In this document: in pieces, positions 8,761 to 17,959 of the stretch
How the letters are laid out: each line of letters starts with the position of its first letter
How positions within the stretch are numbered: the stretch's first letter is position 1
Assembly (NCBI GenBank): GCA_963789265.1
Contig: CAWBKB010000001.1
Span: forward strand, 2,144,001-2,208,000
Length of the DNA stretch: 64,000 nt
Direction: 5' to 3'
From: an uncultured delta proteobacterium
Lineage (GTDB): Bacteria; Desulfobacterota; Desulfomonilia; Desulfomonilales; Desulfomonilaceae
The notes under the pieces: model-generated
Told to the model about the DNA's origin: nothing
The model's database searches: none
The model's input: only the letters and a program-made list of their open reading frames with translations
Translations under genes and position numbers: made by a program

Positions 8761-11094
8761 TTGCCTGAGTACAGTCTCATCGGGAAAAGCATCCCCCGCG
8801 TTGACTCTCTGCCCAAGGTTACAGGCGAGGCGATTTTCACGGCGGACTTGAGCCTTCCCAAGATGCTAGTGGGTAAGATACTGCGCAGCCCTTATCCCCA
8901 TGCCCGAATCCTTGACGTTGACACGTCAAAGGCTCGGCAGCTTCGTGGGGTTCAGGCGGTGGTAACGGGCAAGGATACCGCAGGGGAAAAGTGGGGCGTA
9001 TTCAGGTACACGTGGGACCAGCAACTGCTCTGCGTAGACAAGGTCCGATACGTTGGAGACGAGGTCGCGGCCGTTGCCGCCGTTGATGAGGATACGGCCC
9101 TGGAGGCGCTCAGCCTTATCCAGGTCGATTACGAAGAATTGCCCGCAGTTTTTGACTGTCATTCCGCGTTAGCCCCGGACGCGGCTTTGCTTCACGACGA
9201 ATATGCGCATAACGTTAACGTCGCTGTTAACATTGATGTCGGTAACGTGGATGCGGCATTCAAAGGATGCGCATTGATTCGCGAGGACACCTTTGTAGCG
9301 GAAGAAGACTCGTACTTCATGATCGAACCTTACGCGGTGGTGGCAAGTTATCACGCAGACGGTTCGATTGAAGTCTGGATGCCGAACGCGTCTCCGCACA
9401 CCAAAGCCAAAGCATTATCGAATGCGCTACAATTGCCCCTTTCAAAGGTAAACGTTCGTAAGATCACAATCGGCGGTGCTTTTGGGGGTCGATCCGACGT
9501 TTTTCCTGCGGAATTCATTACCTGCCTCCTCAGCATAAAGGCTCAAAGGCCGGTCAAGCTGGTTTACTCCCGTGAAGAGAACTCCATTGCCACCCGCATG
9601 GGTCATGCAATGATTACCACCATCAAGACCGGCGTGGACAAAGATGGGAAGGTCCTGGCAAGAGACATCGTTTCATATCTGGATGGCGGGGCATATTCGA
9701 GTACCGGTCCCATCGCAACTTCGGTCCCGTTCCTATGCCACGAGCAGACGTACCGTATGGACAATGTCCGATTCCGCGGGTATCGCATCTACACGAACAA
9801 GCCGGTCAGAGGAATGATCCGTATTCACGGCAGATCGTTTGCATGCGGGATTGACACGCAACTGGACATGATTGCCGAGCAATTGGAGATCGACCCGGTG
9901 ACGATCCGGCTCCGTAATGCACGGCGACCGGGCGAAACGACTCCCACCGGTTCGTACGTGGCGAGCTGCGGTCTCGTGGAGTGCATAGAAAAGACAGCGG
10001 CCGAGAGCAAATTCATTGAGAAATTCCGCAATCCTGCTCCTAACCGCGGAATCGGCATGGGTCTGAATTCGGTGCAAACCGGATTCCCCTTGGGGATTCG
10101 CGGCGGTTCCCAGGCGTTCATAAAGTTTCATGAAGATGGTGGGGCCACTGTGATTTCAGGGGTCGTGGACAACGGTCAGGGAAACGACAACATGCTGGTT
10201 CAGATCGCTGCCGAGGAGCTTGGGCTTCCGCTTGAAGATATCCGGCTCATATCCGCGGACACGGAAGTCACCCCAACTGATGCAGGCTCGTATTCCATGA
10301 TTTCCACGTTTGGCGGAGGGAACGCGGTAAAGACGGCAGCAGCAGATGCCAGGACTCAGCTCTTCGCGGTAGCCTCGGACATGCTGGAGGCCGATCCGGC
10401 GGATCTGGTGGCCAAGGACGGGAAAATATATGTCAAGGGCGCTCCAGGTGCAGGTCTTTCCATTGCTAAGGTCGTGCGCAGGGCGTTGATCATGGGCCGA
10501 CCGATAATGGGGCGAGGTGCATTTTCACCAAAGGTGGACCAGCGACGAGAGTGGATAACGAATCCTAAAGGTCAACTCTCGCAGGCGTTTTCGTTCGGTG
10601 CGACAGTTACAGAGGTTGAAGTGGACCCTGAAACAGGCCAGGTCAAGGCGCTTGAAGTTACGTGCGCTCAGGACTGCGGCTTCGCGTTGAACCCTCTGGT
10701 GGTAGAAGGGCAGTTTGAGGGCGGAGTGGCAATGGGAGGCCAGGGTGGAATGCTCGCCGAGGAGCATCGTTGGAGCCAGGGGCACCTATTAAATCCCACA
10801 ATGCTCGAATACAAGATCCCAATAATAAAGGACATGCCCAATATCAAGCCGATCATCGTGGAATCCATAGATCCTGCCGGGCCGTACGGGGCAAAAGAAG
10901 CCGGCATGTCCATCGCTATGTCAGCAGCCCAGGCATACTGCAACGCGGTGAGCAAAGCCCTTGGGATCTATTTTAACCATTACCCGTTGACGCCCGAGCG
11001 AATCCTCGACGCAATCGAGAACAAGAAGCCCGGCATACACACAGCTTGGGAATTCGAGCCTGCCAGACCCGTTGAAGTGGAGCGCGGGCCTTAG
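8761..11094 (+). CDS. Xanthine oxidase-family molybdopterin-binding subunit (HcrA-like, atypical active site)
   Basis: GGAFGGR, DNGQG, EVEVDPETG, VEGQFEGG, GPYGAKEAG; follows hcrB/hcrC-like genes. Confidence 0.85.
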   Translation: MPEYSLIGKSIPRVDSLPKVTGEAIFTADLSLPKMLVGKILRSPYPHARILDVDTSKARQLRGVQAVVTGKDTAGEKWGVFRYTWDQQLLCVDKVRYVGDEVAAVAAVDEDTALEALSLIQVDYEELPAVFDCHSALAPDAALLHDEYAHNVNVAVNIDVGNVDAAFKGCALIREDTFVAEEDSYFMIEPYAVVASYHADGSIEVWMPNASPHTKAKALSNALQLPLSKVNVRKITIGGAFGGRSDVFPAEFITCLLSIKAQRPVKLVYSREENSIATRMGHAMITTIKTGVDKDGKVLARDIVSYLDGGAYSSTGPIATSVPFLCHEQTYRMDNVRFRGYRIYTNKPVRGMIRIHGRSFACGIDTQLDMIAEQLEIDPVTIRLRNARRPGETTPTGSYVASCGLVECIEKTAAESKFIEKFRNPAPNRGIGMGLNSVQTGFPLGIRGGSQAFIKFHEDGGATVISGVVDNGQGNDNMLVQIAAEELGLPLEDIRLISADTEVTPTDAGSYSMISTFGGGNAVKTAAADARTQLFAVASDMLEADPADLVAKDGKIYVKGAPGAGLSIAKVVRRALIMGRPIMGRGAFSPKVDQRREWITNPKGQLSQAFSFGATVTEVEVDPETGQVKALEVTCAQDCGFALNPLVVEGQFEGGVAMGGQGGMLAEEHRWSQGHLLNPTMLEYKIPIIKDMPNIKPIIVESIDPAGPYGAKEAGMSIAMSAAQAYCNAVSKALGIYFNHYPLTPERILDAIENKKPGIHTAWEFEPARPVEVERGP

Positions 11095-11241
11095 TTCTCG
11101 AATCCTGATATTCTTACTTTTGTTCCGGCGTGTTCAAACGACAAGTCCGAACGGTCCATTCTGCACCAAGGGCCACGAAATATTTTTGCGAGACCTCCAA
11201 TTGGCGGAGTTTTCGCGGACTAGCTGTTTGAGGAGGTTTTC

Positions 11242-12832
11242 ATGACGGTCAGCAAGTGGATCCACATGGGAACGGTTTTAAGCCAGCATGCAGTCCATTA
11301 TCCGGATAAGCTCGGGTGTCAGGACAAGAAGAAGAGCTTCACCTTCAAGGAATGGAACGAAAGGAGTTGCTGCCTCGGAAATGCCCTTACCGACATAGGA
11401 TGCGGCCACGGCGAGCGCTTTGCCGTGTTGGCTTTCAACAGGGTTGAGTGGATGGAGATTTATGCCGGTTGCGCTAAGGGGGGGCAGATCTGTGTACCGC
11501 TCATGTTCCGGCTGGCCGGACCTGAAATTGAATACATCGTCAACGATTCCAATTGCAAAGCCTTGATCGTAGAGAAGCCTTTGGTAGACACCATCGAGGG
11601 TATCAAAAGCAAACTGTCCATACCTGCCGGGAATTACATTTGCCTGGGAGAGCCCGGAGAGCCCGTACCGGAGGGCTATATCGGATACGAAGAGTGGCTT
11701 GCGACAGCATCGTCGGAAGAGCCTGAAGTTGTTGTCGGTGCAGAAGATCCCTGGACCTTTATGTATACCTCCGGGACGACCGGCAGGCCGAAAGGTGTCG
11801 TGAGGACTCACGAGAGTTATCTGGGAATGTACTATCTTGATATAGCCAATATGGGCTTGCGGCCGACAGATAAACCGCTCATGGTTATGCCCATGTGTCA
11901 CGTCAATTCGATCTATTATTCATTTCCTTATACTCTTTTGACTGCCCCGGTCTGTGTGTACAACGAATCGAGTTTCTCACCGGAAGATTTTCTCGATACA
12001 GTCGAAAAATTCCACATCACCTTCGTCTCCCTGGTACCCACCCATTACATCATGATCCTTTCCCTGCCCGATCCAATCAAGAAGAAGTACGACGTATCGA
12101 GCATGCGTCAAATGCTGATCTCATCTGCTCCGGCTCGCAGGGATACCAAGGTGGCCGTTTCTGGAATTCTTCAGGAACGCTGAACTTTGGGAAGCGTACG
12201 GGTCCACCGAAGCCGGCCTTGTAACACTGTGCCGCCCGGAGGATCAGCTTCGCAAGATGGGAACGATCGGCCAGGAGATCTTCGGAATAGACCGTATAAA
12301 AGTGATGGATGAAGATGGGAACGAAGTGCCGGACGGTCAAGTTGGCGAACTTTACGCCCGCACCCCAATAATGTTCAAGGAATACTGGAACTTGCCGGAT
12401 AAGACCAAAGAGGTCTTCCAGGGTGAATGGTTCACCGCCGGCGACATGTGTTACCGCGATCCTGACGGATTCTATGTGCTGGTTGACCGCAAGGCCAACA
12501 TGATAATCTCCGGAGGCGAAAATATCTTTCCGTCCGAAGTTGAAAACGCGGTGGGTTCCCATTCGTCCGTGAAAGATGTGGCGGTGATAGGAATTCCGCA
12601 CGAGAAATGGGGTGAAGCGGTCCATGCCGTGATCATCCTCAAGGAGGAAAAAGAGCCCACTAACGGGCTGAAAGATGAGATCAGGAGATTTGCAAAAACC
12701 AAGATAGCCGCTTACAAGGTGCCCAAAACCATTGATTTTATCGAAGATGATGAAATGCCCCGCACTGGCACAGGCAAAATCCTCCACCGTGTGCTCAGGG
12801 AAAAATACGGCAAATGGAGCGATAAGCAGTAA
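11242..12832 (+). CDS. Acyl-CoA synthetase (AMP-forming), extra T at ~12159
   Basis: YTSGTTGRPKG; EAYGSTE restored by removing one T; TAGD, SGGENIFP, PRTGTGKI. Confidence 0.85.
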
Positions 12833-13131
12833 GAATGGGGAAGAATTTGTTTGCAAGGGCAGTTCCGTAATTCGAGTACACATTCACTTACGCCGGCAAT
12901 ATTCCGGTTCCGGTCATTGCGAAGAGTAAAATGACGAAGCAATCCAAGCGCACAAAAGAACAGATTGCTTCGCTACGCTCGCAATGACAATGTTCGCCGC
13001 TGTAATCGTATAGATGCCATCCGCGGTCACCCCGGGGTTGCGGCCGAGCCGAGTTTATGATAGAGAAAATGCCGCAGTGAAGGCATTTCGTAGGACATCC
13101 GAGCCTTGTCGTCCCTTCCAGGAGACCCGGA

Positions 13132-13392
13132 ATGAAGTTGGTCTTGACTCTTATCAGCCTGTTGGCCGCGGTTCCAATCTGGCTCGTTAGCACGGTTTAC
13201 GCCCAAAACGCCCAGTCGCATGATACCCCCTCATCGAAGCAGTGGATCAGCCATCAGATGAACCAACCCCCGCCCACCGGTAGCAAGCACCACATCTCTC
13301 GGGATCGTTTGGACGAAATCGAGCAGCTCTATTTTCAGGCCAAAAAGGAATCGGATGCCAAGGCTGCCGACAACCACAATGACAAGAAATAG
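13132..13392 (+). CDS. Small exported hypothetical protein
   Basis: Signal peptide ending VYA; GGAG RBS. Confidence 0.6.
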   Translation: MKLVLTLISLLAAVPIWLVSTVYAQNAQSHDTPSSKQWISHQMNQPPPTGSKHHISRDRLDEIEQLYFQAKKESDAKAADNHNDKK

Positions 13393-13413
13393 ACCAAGAG
13401 ACCTTACAATAAT

Positions 13414-13471
13414 TGAGAGTTTTTGAGGTGGGGTCCGGGGAGGGACTTTTTGCAAAAAGTCCCTCCCCGGT
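13414..13471. repeat. Intergenic palindrome between convergent genes
   Basis: CCGGGGAGGGACTTTTTGCAAAAAGTCCCTCCCCGG perfect inverted repeat. Confidence 0.7.
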
Positions 13472-13486
13472 TACTCTCGCAAAGGT

Positions 13487-14287
13487 TCATACGCTTTCCG
13501 ACCGCCCTCCCACCATCAGAACCCAACGGAAGAGGATATCGCCTTCCGGAAGGTGCTCGAATAAACGTGCCACCTTGGCGACACGGGCCGAATATTCAAT
13601 CCCCGGAAAGAGCCCCGCGGACATTGCCGGTACTGAAAAGAATTCACACAGGAGATCTTTCGGAAGTCGAAAATCTTCTTTCCAGAACTTGTGTCGGGGG
13701 AACATCTCCGCAAAAAAAGACTGGAATTCGGGCAAACTCACCGGCCTTCGCAGGCTGACACCCTCTTTGGCCCGGCGTTCCGCGATTTCCAGGAGGTTGT
13801 TCCCTGCGGGATCGTAAAGCCCATCCATAAACGTGAGCCCAATTTTTCCGTCCTTCTTGAGAAGGTCGTGTGCGTGCCGCAGACTCTCCTGGAAATCAGG
13901 AATCAGGAATATCGAGGCACTGTAGATAATCGCATCGAACCGGCAGGTGAAATAGTCTGAAAGCTTGGCGCCATCCCCTTCTATGAGACTCAGCCGGTCC
14001 CAATCACCGATCCTTGAACGGGCCGCGTCGAGCATGGCTGGGGAAAGGTCCAGGCCCCACACTCGACATTCCGGCATGGCTTCCAAAAGCTGAAGGCAAC
14101 TCGCTCCGGTTCCACAACCCACATCGAGTATATCCGCGTCTGCTCGAAGGTTCATGCCGGCCAGCAGCGCCTCGTTCAGCCGCCGAAAAAAACCGTGCCT
14201 GTCCTCAAAAGATTGATAGTGCACTGGGCTCTGTTCGAAATTGCCTCGAACAGCGTTCTTTATCTTGGTGATTTTCCCTTGGTCCAT
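13487..14287 (-). CDS. Class I SAM-dependent methyltransferase
   Basis: ILDVGCGTG, GLDLSPAML, FDAII. Confidence 0.85.
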   Translation of the reverse strand: MDQGKITKIKNAVRGNFEQSPVHYQSFEDRHGFFRRLNEALLAGMNLRADADILDVGCGTGASCLQLLEAMPECRVWGLDLSPAMLDAARSRIGDWDRLSLIEGDGAKLSDYFTCRFDAIIYSASIFLIPDFQESLRHAHDLLKKDGKIGLTFMDGLYDPAGNNLLEIAERRAKEGVSLRRPVSLPEFQSFFAEMFPRHKFWKEDFRLPKDLLCEFFSVPAMSAGLFPGIEYSARVAKVARLFEHLPEGDILFRWVLMVGGRSESV

Positions 14288-14320
14288 GCGCGACCCTCAC
14301 CTTGTCTGTCGTTACGTTTC

Positions 14321-14989
14321 CTACTCGGATTTCGGTGCCTTAAGCATCACGTCAGTCGGCAGCATGATCATTCTCTCCATTTTTCGCCGGTAGCTGGACT
14401 CGCTGTGGTCATCACCGTGCTTCCATTGACGAAGAAGGTCCTTGGCCTGCTTCTTGTCTATTCCAAGGATATCGCGCAATTGGCCCATGGTGATGCATTG
14501 GCGTTCGTACGTATATCTTGCGAGCAGGTCCAGGGGGATCGCCTTCAATTCATCCAGCGTAGCCCTTATCCCTGAAGACTGTAAAAAGCCCTGAAGCCGC
14601 TTGTGCGGATCCGCGCCTCCTGCACCCGTGCTCGCTGTTCCCTGCAAATAGGCTGAGCTTCCGTCGATAAAATCTTGCCTCAATGGGGAGAACAGGTCTA
14701 TAACCGTAGCCCCCTGTGTGCCTATCCGAACTCCATGAGGTTTTGACCCCGGAATGACCAGCATATCGCCGCTTTGCAGTGTGACGTTTTCCTCACCGGG
14801 AAACAACAATGTGACGGACCCGTCCAGCACCATGGTGATCTGCTCGGAAACATGATCGTGAACTGTTAGAGTGGCATTCGGCGCGAGCACCCACCGTGTA
14901 ACCATGATGTTTTCACCCCAGAACATCTTCCGGGTAGTATTCTCGTTGATTCGCTGTTCAGTCACGTTTTCCCAGGATATTGTCTGCAT
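14321..14989 (-). CDS. Cupin-domain protein with C-terminal helical/HTH-like extension
   Basis: HDHVSEQ…PGSKPHG cupin motifs; IDLFSPLRQDF. Confidence 0.75.
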   Translation of the reverse strand: MQTISWENVTEQRINENTTRKMFWGENIMVTRWVLAPNATLTVHDHVSEQITMVLDGSVTLLFPGEENVTLQSGDMLVIPGSKPHGVRIGTQGATVIDLFSPLRQDFIDGSSAYLQGTASTGAGGADPHKRLQGFLQSSGIRATLDELKAIPLDLLARYTYERQCITMGQLRDILGIDKKQAKDLLRQWKHGDDHSESSYRRKMERMIMLPTDVMLKAPKSE

Positions 14990-15035
14990 GGTTCGGTCTC
15001 CAGTTCCGATGCATTCATCTAAGTAAACGGCAGGA

Positions 15036-16004
15036 TTAATCCGCGTATGGACCGAGAAATCTCTCCCCGTTGAAATGAATGAGGTGCGTCGGGGACTCGG
15101 CAACCCAAACTTCCGTTTCCCAGGAGATGTCGTCGAGGTATTTCATCATGCTTCGACGATCAAGAAAAGCCGTCACGTAGACCAGGCCAACGTTCGATCC
15201 TTTGAACAACTCTTTCACCTCCTGCCGGCGCTTTGGGTTTACAGGACCATGACTCGTGACAGCCTCAATCAGTACAAGCCACTTTTTCTCCGCATAATAA
15301 ACCACAATATCAGGCATCTTGCCATGTTCTTCTATTTTGCCCCCCAGAGCTTCAAGTGCATCAAAATCGAAATATGCCCACTTCGCCTCTGTGTCACCGA
15401 CGTAAATTACTTGACCCCCAGGTGTGAATAACGGGCTGAAATCATCTATGATTTTCTTGACGAGAACGTTGTGGCTCCCTGGCGAAAGCCTGATCTCATG
15501 GCCATTCATTAGGCGTACAGGTATGCGGCGCATATCTCGCTCACGTGCATAGAGCCTTTTCAAAGTTGCGACTGTGCGCAAATACCCGCGTAAGGACTTA
15601 ATCCATATCGGCTTTCCAAATTCGTGCAAAAGTTTCAAAGCGGAGGGCTCGATCTGGTAGACTGTCTTTCCACTGTTGGTAGGTCTCGAAGGTTTATCGG
15701 GATTACGAACAATCAATCCTGCCTGCACGAATTGATGCACTGTCTGCCGACGGACAGTTTCCCTCGTGTTTGGTGCGTATCGCTTTGCATAGTGCTTGTC
15801 GAAGAACTCCATCATGGGTGTGATGCCCATCAATGGGTTGCGTGCGTCCTCCCACTTGTCGTCGGGTTTGAGGTCAATCAGCCAAAGAAGAGTGAGGGCA
15901 GAGCGCTCATTTAGCTGCTGCCGCGGAAATCCGAGGTCCTTCAAGATTTTCAGAGCTTGCTCAATTTTGAGTTCGGCTTTTCCTGCGTTTGGTTTTTTAG
16001 CCAC
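15036..16004 (-). CDS. Type II restriction endonuclease, BsuBI/PstI family
   Basis: YAPNTRETVRRQTVHQF, HGKMPDIVVY, LIEAVTSHGP, ISWETEVW, HLIHFNGERFLG. Confidence 0.9.
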   Translation of the reverse strand: MAKKPNAGKAELKIEQALKILKDLGFPRQQLNERSALTLLWLIDLKPDDKWEDARNPLMGITPMMEFFDKHYAKRYAPNTRETVRRQTVHQFVQAGLIVRNPDKPSRPTNSGKTVYQIEPSALKLLHEFGKPIWIKSLRGYLRTVATLKRLYARERDMRRIPVRLMNGHEIRLSPGSHNVLVKKIIDDFSPLFTPGGQVIYVGDTEAKWAYFDFDALEALGGKIEEHGKMPDIVVYYAEKKWLVLIEAVTSHGPVNPKRRQEVKELFKGSNVGLVYVTAFLDRRSMMKYLDDISWETEVWVAESPTHLIHFNGERFLGPYAD

Positions 16005-17518
16005 CGTTCCCGCATTCCTTTTCCATGATTGTATCTATGAGGTCCTGGTCCGGCATTTGATGTTTAACATGGGCACCAAGCCGCATGAGTTGCTCGCGAG
16101 AAGGGTAGCGCATCTTTCTGAGGTCTGTAGCATTGACCTGGGTATGTCCACTAAACAGCCTGAACAGTCGATCGAAGAGCGAAGAATTGAGATATAAAGC
16201 CAAGCCCTTGGACAAGTTTTCTGATATCCCCTTTCCGTGCGCATGGAAGTAATTAAGATGGTTTTCAAATCCGACGAGTGGGCTCGCAATCCTATGGGGA
16301 TCTGTACACCGCGGCTACCACGTGTCGCCGTTCCTCTTTCGCCGAAAATCGTTTTGTAAGCACATAATACCCGGATACCACCATCAAGTCATTCGTCCGA
16401 TCCGCCAGCACAATCGCATTCAGTTTCTTGTCCGATTTCAAGGGCCATTGCACAAAACCTTGAAGAAAGTGGTGGGCGTATATTAGCGGTACTGTCCCTT
16501 CATCGGGTAGGATGCGTAAATATTCATGGGCTCGAAAATCCACGACACGTCCTGTGGATACCTCTAGCCGAAGCTCGTCGAGAGATGTCGTAAAAGCCTG
16601 CATCTCGTCGATCACTAAGTCGTCGGCACTATCCGCTACAATGTGGATGAAAGCATCAGGATCCCCTGGAAACACTACGTGTTCGTAGGGCACGGACCGA
16701 GCTGCTGCGGTGTCGAAATTAATGCCCTCTGATGATGATATTCTAACACGATCCGGTTTCCGCGGGTCCCGAACCGCATGATAGATGATGTTTTCCTGGA
16801 GCACATCATCGTCTCCAAAGGCTTTCTTGCGAGACTCAAAGACGTGAATAGCCTTCAGACGCATCATGTCGAGCAGATCAAGACGAAACCTGCGAAAATA
16901 GGGGCCATTGCAAAAACTTCGAGGCGTAATTGCGACTAACTCTCCGCCAGGCTTCAACATGTGGGCCGTTAACCAAACAAACGCGGCATAAAGATTTGAT
17001 ACTTCGAACCCCGCCGAATTGAGCAATTTACGCGTAGCAGATTTCCCGTTTATCTTTTTGTAGGGTGGATTCATAATGGCGTGGGTAAAACGTTCCTCAT
17101 CGAGAGCGAACAGGTGTCCGCCAGTTTGCTCTATGGCCGCGGCTATGTAATCCTCTACTCGTATCTCACCCCGGAATGGAATACCCGCGTCTTTGCAAGT
17201 TTTCTCGCATCGTTCCATCGTCCTCTTTAAGGCAGGCAGAATGTGTCTGTCATTCTCGTAAGCAACTACTTCGATCGCCAGGGATTTCCCGCGTCTCGAC
17301 ACCAATGCGTCGACGCATGAGGCAAAAAGCACCCCTGCTCCGGCCCCTGGATCTAGAATCCTAACCTTTTCATCTACAAGCTCGAATAACGATGCCATGA
17401 ACCGCGCAATCGAAACGGGCGTCAAGAACTGCCCGATAGTCGATCGCGCACGACGCGACGTCCTGTCATTCAACGATTTGCGAACGTGATCCAATGTGTC
17501 TAGGAATTGAAGCGCCAT
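15997..17518 (-). CDS. N6-adenine DNA methyltransferase (gamma class, M.BsuBI/M.PstI-like), extra base at ~16303
   Basis: GQFLTP, ILDPGAGAG, IMNPPY, NLYAAF; removing one A gives VYDPHRIASPLVGFENHLNYFH… and joins ORF 15997..16215 (SGHTQVNATDL). Confidence 0.85.
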
Positions 17519-17959
17519 ATTATGTCTGACGTAATCGAGGTCATTTACGTTCCGGTCTTTTCAGGCCTACCACTGGTTGAGTTCGATAGCAACCCTTGCA
17601 GAAACGACAGGCCCACAGCCTGTTGGAGTCGGCCATTTGGATTCGCCCCTGCTCATCTTCTACGAAGATCACTGTCACCAAATCGTCCTCGTTCCCAGGC
17701 CAGGCCGCACAACAGCACGCGGGTTGGGCGGTTGCACATCATCTAGCCGGGCCCTTATGGCAGCGGTGGAGCAAATAGCGCGTGCCGGGATTACTAGGCG
17801 GAGTCCGGTCACCAGAAGAAAGGCATTAAATACACTGTGCTTCTTTCCTTTCATTACTCTGCTTCCGGATGTCAGACCGAGGAGTCTGGTGGAGGCTGCG
17901 GAGGGACTAAAGTTAACTCCTAAGCCACTTAATCACGAGGAGATGATCTGCCCTAGAGC

